64,000 nucleotides of DNA, from assembly GCF_039654945.1 (NCBI RefSeq), contig NW_027361792.1, positions 930,001 through 994,000 of the forward strand, written 5' to 3'. Source of the DNA: Dendrobates tinctorius (Eukaryota). Shown here piece by piece: positions 1 through 13,100 of the stretch. Every line of letters begins with the position of its first letter. Positions within the stretch are counted from its first letter, which is position 1. A model generated the notes under the pieces. The model saw only the letters and a program-made list of their open reading frames with translations, was not told where the DNA came from and searched no databases. The position numbers and the translations under genes are program-made.

Positions 1-59
1 CGGCAGCACTGATGCCCAAGCAATCAGCACAATCAGATGCGTGAAGTCCCATGTCTTAC

Positions 60-623
60 CTTTGGACGCCCTTGGATATCCCGGCCTTCTTGCTAACCAG
101 CCGGTCGCTGCAACAGTCCACCAACCTCTTGAGAGTATAGAGACATTCCCGGAAGGTGGAGAAGAAGGGATAATGGCTGATGATGCACAGCGAGGTCAGA
201 GTGCTGTTACGGGATCTCTGAGCTCCTTTAGACAGACGCTTCCCCCGAGGCGAGTGATTGAGATCCGGAGTGGACTCTGCGCTCTGGGCCTGTAAGGTCG
301 ACCCTCCGTCCGAGCCCTCGGACCCGTTCTCGGAGGCCAGTTTGGGCTGTTTGCGGCTCTTGTCTCTCGGGATGCGTTTTTGAAAGGAGCGGTAAAAATT
401 CATGCAGATTCCGTAGCGTATGACGCCGCTGTCCTTATCGGTAAGCGTGAACACAAACGACGTGTCGTCCCGTAGGCTCATCCGTTTCTGCCGTACGCTG
501 AGACATCCCTCCGGCTGGCAGAAAAACACCACGTCGGGAGGAAGCGGGAATTCTGGGTGGTCCTCGAGGGGGTAACGTCGAAGAAGCTCAGGCGTCTGGG
601 CAACGCTGTCGCTGCTCGGCTGC
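60..623 (-). CDS. MADD: MADD second coding exon (564 nt)
   Basis: Acceptor ctcctttccag|G at 624, donor AG|gtaaga at 59; frame continuous with the upstream exon. Confidence 0.96.
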
Positions 624-1329
624 CTGGAAAGGAGAGGAAAGCAGTGAGTGTAGATGGTGGACAAGACACAAGGTTTCATTATCAGACACCTGGAGCCTCA
701 GAGCAGCGCTCAGCGCACTGCCGTCTCTGTACAGACCGCTCTTCCCAAAGGCACATGACCAGTGCAGCCAATCACTAGTTACAGCTGTGACCTTTGCGTC
801 TGTGCAGCTCGAGCAGAAAGTACAGATTCCCCCCGACGCCTCTTCTGATTAGTCAGCAGCAGGAAGTCATGCGTGACAACGATGGGCATACTAGTCAGAA
901 GAGGCTCCAGGGATGCCGGCAGGTTGATGGTTCGCAGGGACCATGTCCGCAAGCGGTGACCAATGGTCGGACGAGTAAATGGGGGGTCTCCTCTTTTAAA
1001 CCATACGGCCACTGCCGGGGGAGGGAACGGTTCAGGCCGCGTGTGTTAAAACTTGGCTTTAGGGCGTCTTCAGCCCAGCGATCTTTTTAAAAAAAAAAAC
1101 AAAGAAAAAAAACACATTTCCTTTTGCTCCCAGTAACACGGGTAACTGCGCCTACTGCCGACATGACATAAAGGTAATCCGATGTCCCCGGGGAAGGAAT
1201 GAAATATTCATTCAAGACGACTGATCCCCCAACAGGTCATGTTCAGGCTTCCTTATTCCGAACTCACCTTGCGCCTATGATTACCAGGTAGTCCAGCAGC
1301 CTGGGACACAGCTTCTTCTTCTGCCCCAT
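60..1329 (-). CDS. MADD: MAP kinase-activating death domain protein (DENN/MADD), 5' part; join of 1329-1268 and 623-60, gene continues beyond window start
   Basis: Spliced translation [21 protein letters not shown]|[40 protein letters not shown]...[28 protein letters not shown] matches the recalled vertebrate MADD uDENN N-terminus; GT-AG sites and phases are consistent. Confidence 0.97.
1268..1329 (-). CDS. MADD: MADD first coding exon, coding part (whole exon ~1268-1406)
   Basis: Kozak caccATGG at 1329; donor AG|gtgagt at 1267; acceptor tttcatccccccag| at 1407. Confidence 0.95.
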
Positions 1330-2499
1330 GGTGGTGCCGCCGCACTATTTCATCGTACTATGGCTCGCTGGACCATCGCTGATCAGGTGGAAACATCCGC
1401 AGGGTCCTGGGGGGATGAAAGCCGATATTAGCACATGGCAGGGTTATATATAGGCTGAGGAGTATACGGCGCCGCCCTGCACAACCTCCACAGATCATCC
1501 GCAGAGTAATATCCATCCGATCTGCAGCACAAGACCACCGTATGACAAAGACCAGAGCCATGCCGAAACCTCACCATGCACCCACGTCCCAAAGATCTCA
1601 ATCACTGATCAACCATCGCCGCACCTACCTCCCCACACATCCCAGCTCTCGGCACACTCCTCCGTCATCTCCGCCTTGCAGCACGGCGGCCTGGCAGTCA
1701 GCCCCTCGCGTCTATCACAGCCTTCCAATATGCAGCCCTGGCGCACGGCCCTGAACGTCCTTGCAGCCGCTATGTGAGTGAAGAATCTCTGTCCCACAGC
1801 TGGGTGGTCTTGACATCACTGACCTTGTGCAGACCCCACCACCTGTAGCCAAGCTACCAACCCTTGAGAGCCCACCATGCCGACCTGCTGTGCAAAAGCG
1901 CTTCCTCAGCAGGATTGCTGCCTTTTCCACACCAATGAAAATTTTCCACAGCCCCCTCCATGTCCATAGCTCCCAGCAGAGCTGCCTGTCACCATCTCCC
2001 TGCCCCGGCTTCATGCACCTGCCCACTATATGCAACGTGCCCTTACCAGCCCATGTATTAGGAACCCACGACCCTGACCTGGCACTCAGGGCCCATCTGC
2101 ATCAGCACAGCCATCTCTCTCCTTGCTGGAGCGTTCACACAGTGCACACTCGTCCCCGAGCCTCGGCTCCAGCACAGCCGTCCTCGTACGTGCGAATTTC
2201 TCTCTCCCTATTAATCATCCGTCCCTGCTGCTCTTCTGGAATATCTTTACCCTTCTTCCCTTCCCTCGCAGAAGCCATCCCCTGCCAGGTGGGAGTCATG
2301 TCCGCTCCAATCATCGCTCCGCACATCTCGCACTCAGCCCGCCAGTTTGTGAAGATGTAGCAGAGCTGAATTTGCAATGTCACGTTGCAACACATACACA
2401 AGACATATCGGCATGCTTACTCATGAAGGACAAATAGCCATACGCCGACATCACCTACAGAAGTGTGGCTGACAGTGGGGGCTCCGCGGCGCGCAGTGG

Positions 2500-3860
2500 G
2501 GGCTGCACATTATGGCGTCAGGTGATGATAGTTACCCCTACAATATCAGAAATGATTTAGACATCAAAAAGGCACAGCACTTAAAAAGGTCATTCCCTTG
2601 ATCACTGGGGTCCAACCGTTGAGACCCTCGGCGGTCCAGAGACTGTGGCGCCCCTTCTTTAATGGAGTGGAAGTGCACAACGCCACATTGTCTATGGGAC
2701 TGCTGGAGAAAGCACAGTGCACCTCTATGTCTGCAAGTCCCATAGACAGTGAATAGAGTGGAGGCCAAAATGTACTCCTCTGCTCCACTCAGGGCTGTGC
2801 AGAGCCCCCTTCTCAGGATCATTGTGGTCCAGCAATCAGAAGATTGTAATTAGGGGCAGAACATTCTGCTGTGTGATTCGCCTGTATCTCAGTATATAGG
2901 GTATTGCTTGGACATGCCATTTAATGATGGGTCGGGGTCCGACCTCTGCGCACCCCTCACTGCCTTCCCCAGTGTTATTGCCGGTCATCTACTGCACCAC
3001 AGCTCTGTGCAAGTGAATGCAGCCGGCTTCTATTTCCCTGCACTGTCAGGTGGCTGGGAGCGCTGCTCTGCAGGGAAAAAATGTAAAGAAAAGCAGTGCT
3101 GAAAGAACATCTGATCAGTGGGGGTCCAAGAGATCAGACCACCAACCATCATTAAAAGAGAATTCCAGGACATAAACAGATGGGCAATCCTTAGAGCAGG
3201 TCGTCAATGTCAGAACATTGGGGGTCCGATAGCCTCACTGATCAGCTCCGGGGTAGTGTTCAGTTTGAGTACTGCAGCTCAGCTCCTAATAAGGTGAATG
3301 GGAACTGAGCTGCATTACATTTTAACATGCGGCCACCAGTGCTACAAACAGCGGATCACTGGGGGGGGTGTTGAAACCCCCACCGGTCTGATATAGATGA
3401 CCTATCTATGGGAAGGCCATCAATACACAAATCCAGGACAACCTCCTAATGGTGGGCATCCTAGCGATAGACTCAATCTCTGCATTGGTTATGTGATGTG
3501 TATCTAAAGCATAACAGCGCCACATCTGTCCACTGGTCATGTGCGGTATTGCAGGCTGCTCATCTGCCGACTGTAGTGCCAGACAAAACCCATAGACAGG
3601 AGAGGAGCCGTTTCTTGCACACGTACCTGCTGGGAGAACAGATCAGGCAGTAGGTTTACCTTAAAGGGATTGTCTATTACTGAATAACTCCTTTTCAATG
3701 GGCCCAACAAGATAAAAAAAAAAAAAAAGATCATACATCACTCCTGAGCTGACGCCGCTCCTCTATACTCACTGCGTCCCTCACTGATCCTCTTGGCATC
3801 AACATTGAGTGCAGAGGTCACGTAAGCGCTGCAGCCAATCAGCAGCGACTGATCATTAAT
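2500..3860. mobile_element. Cluster of decayed short non-autonomous DNA transposons (T2/MITE-like) in MADD intron 1
   Basis: Recurrent TTAAAGGG ends and tctatgggac / gacccc...gatcag blocks also seen at ~12.4, 20.7, 39.7 and 50.0 kb; boundaries not resolved. Confidence 0.4.
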
Positions 3861-6420
3861 GCTGCAGCCGATCCATGGCTGCGGACCTCACTTGATGCAG
3901 CACCGAGTATAGAGGCACATCAGTTATCCCCCAAAGTGCTCCGATCAGCTCACAACATCCATGTAGGATGGCGGTGTCACGCACGCATCCTGCTCTCGGC
4001 CGCTGATCTGTGCCTCCTGCCGCACCAGAAGCGACGATATATACACAAAACTAGAAGTGTGGAGAGCCGCGCCGCCATCTGTACACAGACGTATCGCCGT
4101 CACGCCTGTGCACACATTCCTAGTGCGGCCTTGTTGGCTAATGGTAGCTGAGAATACTGCAAGCAGCGTGCCATCTGCCTCCTCCGAGCCGCACACCCGC
4201 CTCCATCTACAAACACCACACCGTCCTCCTATTCCCAGACTCCGCCGCAGCTCGTGTGGGCGCTGTTTAACCATTTACATTCACTTGCACAGGTTTTCGG
4301 GATTTCCTTTGTAACCATTTCATTCCACTTGGATGATTTTTTCCGCGTTTTTCAGGACATTATATGGTAAAGTGAAAGATAAGCACTACCAGCGCTCCGG
4401 GCGTAATGTACACGTGCTCCAACATTTGCACCGTTTTCCAGCTCTGGTATTAATCTACCCAGAATATGTTGGCCCCGCCCACTTCACATGGACCACACCC
4501 ACTTCCCAATATAGGCCACACCCACAAGTCAATTTGCAGTCACGGGTGCAGCGGCGGAGTCTGTGGTCGCCGGAGAGGATCCTGTAAGACCCCCATTGCT
4601 GCAGCGTGATGGGCGCACACACGCCGCTCCAGGCCGGCTAACCAGAAGAGGGCTTCTGTCCGGCGGCTTTTGGGGGGGGGGAGTGGGCTGTTTAATACTA
4701 AACTTGTGAAGTTTTTCAGCCTATTGAAATACATACATACATATATATATCAACCTTCACATTAGCGCCAAACTCTTCAAATATCTGATGCAGAATCCGC
4801 CGGTGCAAAAAAGACAGAACGTGATCCTGATGATAACCACCGGCCAGCGCCGACGGGCCGTAGACTATGATGGTGCCGACAGAATGAAGATGCGCTCGGT
4901 CGTGCGTTATTTTCGAGGATGTATGCCTACTGGGGCATCACACGATTACTCTGCCGCCACCATTATAGTCTATGGCCTCGCCCGGCGCATATGTCCAAAT
5001 CCTGTTTTGCGGGGGGTTCGGACATAAGAACGGGGGTGTAAGAGCACCCTAAGGCTTATACAGTTTTTCGGGGTTGCCGACGTAGTACAAGTGTAAACTT
5101 CGCCTACACAGCTGCAATAACGGAGCCAGGGCCGGTTGTTCAGGCAACAGAAACCATCATCGGTTCCCCTGCCGGTTCGTTCCCATGTACCGCTATCTGA
5201 TGAGGATTTTCTAGAAACACCTATGGATCTGTTTGCTGAAAAAGTGCAAATTTTCTGCACTTTTAGCCCTTTGCACCGCTAAGGGAGGACTCTGCAGTGA
5301 CATCCACAGAGCTGGATTTTCCATAATCTCCTGGCGCTGTAATCCACAGGGAATTATCTGCCGCATCTTCACGCCATAGAAACATGCGCCAGATCCATGG
5401 CATTTGTGCTATAGGGATCTAGCAGATCCATGGTGCCTTCATGTGGCAGTAACATATGGATCTCCGAATACTCGGGGGCGCTGTAAACACAATGGAGATG
5501 TTAGTGAGGTGATGGTAAGGCCGCAGTTTATTCCCGGCCTCCCGCGGGACGATGCAACCATCTGTGCGCGGGCAATGTGCCAATCAGGTCGCGTTTTGCA
5601 ACAAGAAGTCATAATCAGGATTATAAAGAATCTCCAGAGATAATGGGTTGATGGCAGGAACCGACACTGGAGCAGCGGGGGACCATGACCTACAGGCGAA
5701 ACGGAAAGGCGGCTGACAACGACTTCATCAGGAGTGAATAGGACAGCGAGATGAAGAGGCAGCGGGGACATGATGGATGGAGGGGGAAGAAGCAAAAGGG
5801 GGAAGGGAAGAGGAAGGGACCGGAGATCTGCAAATTAGGATGTCCAGAGTGACAGCAGATCAGGCAGGGAGATGAGCAGCTGCCGCCCGGCACTGGCCCC
5901 TCATATCCCCACTGCAAATAAGGGACTGGACGGGAATGTCTACCCGATACTACGGCTCCGAGAAATGAGACTCTGCATGACAAGCGAGAATGGTCAATGG
6001 GACACTTCTCAAGAAGAGCAAAACACACCAGACATTCCAGGTGCCGGCACCGAGCACTATAGAACACGGCAATAATCGCAGACCTCACTCACCGCTCCAT
6101 GGGGTCTCCTAGCACACCATAAAAAAAACGCCACAATTAAAGGGGAGGTGACATACGCAGGTCCCCACTCCTGGTAAACAGCCGACTGAGCCATCAGGGA
6201 GATGCAGGATTACAAGGCGGCCAGATAAGCGACAAGCACGGCTCTCACTGGGGAGTCCGAGGACCCCCGTATAAAACCCACACACAAATAACAGGGGTGT
6301 CAGAGGCAGAGCGCAGGGACAAACACGGGCCCTGTACACATAGGCTGCGACTGAGATATTGGGATCCACCTCCCGTTCCATCTACTCTACCCAACACAGA
6401 TCAATAATACAGATCTGGAT

Positions 6421-8128
6421 GTAGCCCCCCCCCCATCAAATAAAACGGACGCAGCCACGTGGCCCCCCCCATCATACACAATGGACGCAGCCACGTAGCC
6501 CCCCCCATCAAATAAAACGGACGCAGCCACGTAGCCCCCCCCATCATACACAACGGACGCAGCCACGTAGCCCCCCCATCAAATAAAACAGACGCAGCCA
6601 CGTAGCCCCCCCATCAAATAAAACGGACGCAGCCACGTAGCTCCCCCCATCAAATAAAACGGACGCAGCCACGTAGCCCCCCCCATCATACACAACGGAC
6701 GCAGCCACGTAGCCCCCCATCGTACACAACGGACGCAGCCACGTAGGCCCCCCCATCGTACACAACGGACGCAGCCACGTAGGCCCCCCCATCGTACACA
6801 ACGGACGCAGCCACGTAGGCCCCCCCATCGTACACAACGGACGCAGCCACGTAGGCCCCCCCATCGTACACAACGGACGCAGCCACGTAGGCCCCCCCAT
6901 CGTACACAACGGACGCAGCCACGTAGGCCCCCCATCGTACACAACGGACGCAGCCACGTAGGCCCCCCATCGTACACAACGGACGCAGCCACGTAGGCCC
7001 CCCCATCGTACACAACGGACGCAGCCACGTAGGCCCCCCATCGTACACAACGGACGCAGCCACGTAGGCCCCCCCATCGTACACAACGGACGCAGCCACG
7101 TAGGCCCCCCCATCGTACACAACGGACGCAGCCACGTAGGCCCCCCCATCGTACACAACGGACGCAGCCACGTAGGCCCCCCCATCGTACACAACGGACG
7201 CAGCCACGTAGGCCCCCCCATCGTACACAACGGACGCAGCCACGTAGGCCCCCCCCATCGTACACAACGGACGCAGCCACGTAGGCCCCCCCCATCGTAC
7301 ACAACGGACGCAGCCACGTAGCTCCCCCCTCATCGTACACAACGGACGCAGCCACGTAGCTCCCCCCCATCGTACACAACGGACGCAGCCACGTAGCTCC
7401 CCCCCATCGTACACAACGGACGCAGCCACGTAGCTCCCCCCCATCGTACACAACGGACGCAGCCACGTAGCTCCCCCCCATCGTACACAACGGACGCAGC
7501 CACGTAGCTCCCCCCCATCGTACACAACGGACGCAGCCACGTAGCTCCCCCCCATCGTACACAACGGACGCAGCCACGTAGCTCCCCCCCATCGTACACA
7601 ACGGACGCAGCCACGTAGCCCCCCCATCGTACACAACGGACGCAGCCACGTAGCCCCCCATCGTACACAACGGACGCAGCCACGTAGCCCCCCCCCCATC
7701 GTACACAACGGACGCAGCCACGTAGCCCCCCATCGTACACAACGGACGCAGCCACGTAGCCCCCCCCCCATCGTACACAACGGACGCAGCCACGTAGCCC
7801 CCCATCGTACACAACGGACGCAGCCACGTAGCCCCCCATCGTACACAACGGACGCAGCCACGTAGCCCCCCCATCGTACACAACGGACGCAGCCACGTAG
7901 CCCCCCCATCGTACACAACGGACGCAGCCACGTAGCTCCCCCCATCGTACACAACGGACGCAGCCACGTAGCCCCCCCCATCGTACACAACGGACGCAGC
8001 CACGTAGCCCCCCCATCGGACACAACGGACGCAGCCACGTAGCCCCCCCATCGGACACAACGGACGCAGCCACGTAGCCCCCCCATCGGACACAACGGAC
8101 GCAGCCACGTAGCCCCCCCATCGGACAC
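6421..8128. repeat. Minisatellite, ~35-38 bp unit CATCGTACACAACGGACGCAGCCACGTAG+C-run, ~45-50 copies, in MADD intron 1
   Basis: Direct tandem repetition; variable C-run; blocks of variant units. Confidence 0.97.
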
Positions 8129-8448
8129 CTCGGATACTATGCAGGACCCACGGCGTCCCCTCTATGCTGAGCCTATAGAAGACCCCCAATGTGTCAGGGG
8201 CTCGCACTACCCTCATCTGCAGCACAGTGGATGATGACTACTCCCATCCCGATACTGGACGGTGCGCACCACTGACTGCAGCCGCACAATGTCGCCGCCG
8301 TCAGCACGACCCACAAACCGGGGAAAAGTGAAAGACCAGGAGAGGAGGGGGGGAGACACATGGACATCGGCGTATGGGGTCCCGGGGCAGACAGATGTGA
8401 ACGAATCGGAGGGCGAGTCTATATACTGGTGGTACATATGGTCCCGGG

Positions 8449-8716
8449 GCACACACGGACGTCGGTTATACGGGGGGGGCGTCCCGGGGGAAAAAAAGAA
8501 AAGAAAGTTGGTTATACGGGGGGGGGTCCCAGGGCACACACGGACGTCGGTGTACGGGGGGGCACACGGACGTGTTATACTGGGGGGGTGTCCCGGGGGG
8601 GGCACACGGACGTGTTATACTGGGGGGGTGTCCCGGGGGGGGCACACGGACGTGTTATACTGGGGGGTGTCCCGGGGGGGCACACGGACGTGTTATACTG
8701 GGGGGGGTCCGGGGGG
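8449..8716. repeat. Short G-rich minisatellite GGCACACGGACGTGTTATACTGGGGGGGTGTCCCGGGGG (~40 bp unit)
   Basis: About 5-6 degenerate tandem copies. Confidence 0.85.
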
Positions 8717-8927
8717 GCCCAGCACCCGGGCCCTGACTCTCCGCACTACCCTGCGCCCAATGACGGGTGACCCCGGGCCGCCCTCCTGAGAGGGTCCTGC
8801 CGCCTCCTCACACGGCCGTGACTGGCCGCACTGGGGCAGGAGGACGTCAGGGAGCCGCAGGATGAATGGCGCAGGGACACCGCCTCCCAGGGGGCAGCGC
8901 ACGGCGGACACACCGGCTGTCACCGAC

Positions 8928-9240
8928 CTGTCACCGCCGCGGTCTCTCCGGAGCCGACACCGACCATCAGCGCGCACCGGCTGCTCCCCGCCCGCCCATC
9001 ACCAGCTGCAGCAGGGCCGAGCCACGCCCCCTCTCGCCTGCTGCCCACGACGTGACGCACGTCCAATCCTGGCGTCACGACGTCTTCTGCTTTGTTTCTA
9101 TGGCGACGGTGTGAGGCCTAGAAGCAGCACCAAAGCCTTAGTAGAGTACTAAACCAAAATGTATGAAAATAAAATCTGTCAGTGACCCTGTGCAGCTCAT
9201 GTGCTGAGACGTCATACAGGGGGCTGGTCACGTGTCCCGG
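8928..9240 (-). promoter_or_regulatory. MADD: Putative MADD CpG-island promoter and non-coding exon 1
   Basis: CpG-rich unique DNA between two VNTRs; candidate donor CAG|gtcggt at 8927; GCCACGCCCC (Sp/KLF), TGACG/CGTCA half-CREs, CCAAT, X-box-like GTTTCTATGGCGAC at 9094-9107, GTCACGTG at 9227-9234. Confidence 0.6.
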
Positions 9241-9442
9241 CCCTCACACTCCCAGGGGCCCTTCTGCACTATAGCTTGCTCATTTTCTGTTTCTGACACC
9301 ATTTTGTCCGCACGACTTTCTGCTCTTTAATTTCCTTTTTTTAGGCGTCAAAGTGACCAAAAATCAGCGATTCTGACACATACATATGACTTCACAGACA
9401 TGTACATTGCAGACCGGGGGGTCCGTGAGGAGGCCATGACGG

Positions 9443-11508
9443 CAGACAAGCTGCTGTATAACGAGCAGACGAACCGCCGTATAACGAGCACGAGCAGACG
9501 AGCCGCCGTATAACGAGCAGACGAGCCGCCGTATAACGAGCAGACGAGCCGCCGTATAACGAGCAGACGAGCCGCCGTATAACGAGCAGACGAGCCGCCG
9601 TATAACGAGCACGAGCAGACGAGCCGCCGTATAACGAGCAGACGAGCCACCGTATAACGAGCACGAGCAGACCAGCCGCCGTATAACGAGCACGAGCAGA
9701 CCAGCCGCCGTATAACATGCAGACGAGCCTCCGTATAACGAGCAGACGAGCCGCCGTATAACGTGCAGACGAGCCTCCGTATAACGAGCAGACGAGCCTC
9801 CGTATAACGAGCAGACGAGCCTCCGTATAACGTGCAGACGAGCCGCCGTATAACGAGCAGACGAGCCGCCGTATAACGAGCAGACGAGCCGCCGTATAAC
9901 GTGCAGACGAGCCTCCGTATAACGAGCAGACGAGCCTCCGTATAACGAGCCGCCGTATAACGAGCAGACGAGCCGCCGTATAACGAGCAGACGAGCCGCC
10001 GTATAACGAGCAGACGAGCCGCCGTATAACGAGCAGACGAGCCGCCGTATAACGTGCAGACGAGCCTCCGTATAACGAGCAGACGAGCCTCCGTATAACG
10101 AGCCGCCGTATAACGAGCAGACGAGCCTCCATATAACGAGCAGACGAGCCGCCGTATAACGAGCAGACGAGCCGCCGTATAACGAGCAGACCAGCCGCAG
10201 TATAACGAGCAGACGAGCCGCCGTAAAACGAGCAGACGAGCCGCCGTATAACGAGCAGACGAGCCGCAGTATAACGAGCAGACGAGCCGCCGTATAACGA
10301 GCAGACGAGCCGCCGTATAACGAGCAGACGAGCCGCAGTATAACGAGCAGACGAGCCGCCGTATAACGAGCAGACGAGCCGCCGTATAACGAGCAGACGA
10401 GCCGCAGTATAACGAGCAGACGAGCCGCCGTAAAACGAGCAGACGAGCCGCCGTATAACGAGCAGACGAGCCGCCGTATAACGAGCAGACGAGCCGCCGT
10501 ATAACGAGCAGACCAGCAGCAGTATAACGAGCAGACGAGCCGCCGTATAACGAGCAGACGAGCCGCCGTATAAGGAGCAGACCAGCCGCCGTATAACGAG
10601 CAGACGAGCCGCCGTATAACGAGCAGACGAGCCGCCGTATAACGAGCAGACCAGCCGCCGTATAACGAGCAGACGAGCCGCCGTATAACGAGCAGACGAG
10701 CCGCAGTATAACGAGCAGACGAGCCGCAGTATAACGAGCAGACGAGCCGCCGTATAACGAGCAGACGAGCCTCCGTATAACGAGCAGACGAGCCGCCGTA
10801 TAACGAGCAGACGAGCCGCAGTATAACGAGCAGACGAGCCGCCGTATAACGAGCAGACGAGCCGCCGTATAACGAGCAGACGAGCCGCAGTATAACGAGC
10901 AGACGAGCCGCCGTATAACGAGCAGACGAGCCGCCGTATAACGAGCAGACGAGCCGCAGTATAACGAGCAGACGAGCCGCCGTAAAACGAGCAGACGAGC
11001 CGCCGTATAACGAGCAGACGAGCCGCCGTATAACGAGCAGACGAGCCGCCGTATAACGAGCAGACGAGCCGCCGTATAACGAGCAGACCAGCAGCAGTAT
11101 AACGAGCAGACGAGCCGCCGTATAACGAGCAGACGAGCCGCCGTATAAGGAGCAGACCAGCCGCCGTATAACGAGCAGACGAGCCGCCGTATAACGAGCA
11201 GACGAGCCGCCGTATAACGAGCAGACCAGCCGCAGTATAACGAGCAGACGAGCCGCCGTATAACGAGCAGACGAGCCGCCGTATAACGAGCAGACGAGCC
11301 GCCGTATAACGAGCAGACGAGCCGCAGTATAACGAGCAGACGAGCCGCCGTATAACGAGCAGACGAGCCGCCGTATAACGAGCAGACGAGCTGCCGTATA
11401 ACGAGCAGACGAGCCGCCGTATAACGAGCAGACGAGCCGCCGTATAACGAGCAGACCAGCTGCCGTATAACGAGCAGACGAGCCGCCGTATAACGAGCAG
11501 ACCAGCTG
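9443..11508. repeat. Minisatellite, 23 bp unit GCCGCCGTATAACGAGCAGACGA, ~90 copies
   Basis: Direct tandem repetition; 23-aa periodicity in the spurious 725-aa ORF. Confidence 0.98.
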
Positions 11509-11639
11509 CCTCTTGGCCTCGATTTTGAGGATCGTCACCATCTAAATTACGACCACTAAATTTTATGGCGTCCTATTTCCTGGAATAACCGGATTGGCGG
11601 CCTAGACGGGCGAGCGGCCTCCTCATTGTGTGGGTTTAA

Positions 11640-11997
11640 GGCTGTGTGCACACGCTGCGGATTATGTGCGGATTCATCCGCGCGGATTTTGTAAAATCCG
11701 CAGGTGAAACCGCAGGTCAAAAGACCTGCGGTTTTACCTGCGGATTGCTCTGCGGTTCCTCAATGGAGGAGATGGCAAACCGCAGGAGAATCCGCAGAAA
11801 GAATTGACATGTCAATTCTTTCTGCGGATTGAAAACCGCAGATAATCCGCGCGGAAAATTCCGCACCGTCTGCACTGCGGTTTTTGATTCCCATAGGGAA
11901 TCATGGTACTGTACACCGCAGCAAAAACTGCTGCGGGTCCGCAGCGGCCAAAACCGCTGCGGAACCGCAGCAAAATCCGCAGCGTGTGCACACAGCC
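11640..11997. mobile_element. PIF/Harbinger-like MITE
   Basis: TIR GGCTGTGTGCACACGCTGCGG...CCGCAGCGTGTGCACACAGCC with TAA/TTA flanks; sister copy at 54501-54810. Confidence 0.85.
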
Positions 11998-12488
11998 TTA
12001 TGGGAATTCTTCCTCGTGTGCAGAGAAAGCTCCATTCAGAATAATGGCCGAGTATTCGCTTGTTGAAGTGTTTTTAGTGTAGTCCACGGACAATAACTCG
12101 GCCTCCGATGCGTTCGTACGACAGAAGTCACTTCTCCATACACAAAGGCGTCTCTGTGGAAGACATTTACAGGAGGAGTAACTGAGGAACAGCACGACAC
12201 ACAATGCCAGGAAAAGAAGCCCCAGAATCGATATTTCAGGACGTTTACAAAAATATATGACAGCGAGATTACAGGAACAAGATGCCACGTGTGTTTATGG
12301 AGGATTTCTGAGGTGCCACCAACTGCTATATGGGAAGACGAGATGAGGATGCTTTGTGAAAGCCCAGTATGGAAGATGTCTCCTATCCCCATCACTGGGA
12401 CCCCCACCGTTCTTGGGAACAGGGGGCCTTTCTGAATTGAGCAGAGGTAGAGCAGCACACCTCCGATCCATTTATTCTCTATGGGACT

Positions 12489-13100
12489 GTCAAAGATAAC
12501 AGCCGGGGAAGGGGTCGTACATATCCCACCGCTGCCAACAGTTTGTCAAGGATAACAGCCGGGGCAGGGGGCACACAGATCTCACCGCTGCCAACAGTTT
12601 GTGAAGGATAACAGCCGGGGTGGGGGTCACGCAGATCCCATCGCTGCCACCAGTTTGTCAAGGATAGCGCCGGGGCAGGAGTCACACAGATCCCATCGCT
12701 GCAACCAGTTTGTCAAGGATAACAGCCGGGGCAGGGGTCACGCAGATCCCATCGCTGCCACCAGTTTGTCAAGGATAGCGCCGGGGCAGGAGTCGCACAG
12801 ATCCCATCGCTGCAACCAGTTTGTCAAGGATAACAGCCAGGGCAGGGGGCACACAGATCTCACCGCTGCCAACAGTTTGTGAAGGATAACAGCCGGGGTA
12901 GGGGTCACGCAGATACCACCGCTGCCACAAGTTTGACAAGGATACCAGCCGGGGAAGGAGTCGCACAGATCCCATCGCTGCCACCAGTTTGTCAAGGATA
13001 GCGCCGGGGCAGGAGTCGCACAGATGCTATGGCTGCAACCAGTTTGTCAAGGATAACAGCCGGGGCAGGGGTCACGCAGATCTCACCGCTGCCACCAATT
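12489..13100. repeat. Minisatellite, ~55-56 bp unit (GTTTGTCAAGGATAACAGCCGGGGCAGGGGTCACGCAGATCCCATCGCTGCCACCA), ~11 copies
   Basis: Tandem units with alternating variants, starting inside MITE-like sequence (tctatgggactgtcaaagataacag). Confidence 0.9.

Noticed and set aside
6421-8128. CRISPR-like regular repeats (also the 36-, 41- and 73-bp arrays)
   Set aside because: No unique spacers, no cas genes, intron-containing vertebrate context
9364-11541. 725-aa ORF, and likewise ORFs at 6544-8225, 31061-32920, 54810-55909 and 61552-63996
   Set aside because: Pure translations of tandem repeats, open in several frames and strands; no domain or splice context
12097-12480. Stop-free plus-strand stretch considered as an NR1H3 or other gene remnant
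   Set aside because: Wrong strand for NR1H3, no recognisable motif, and it runs into MITE sequence
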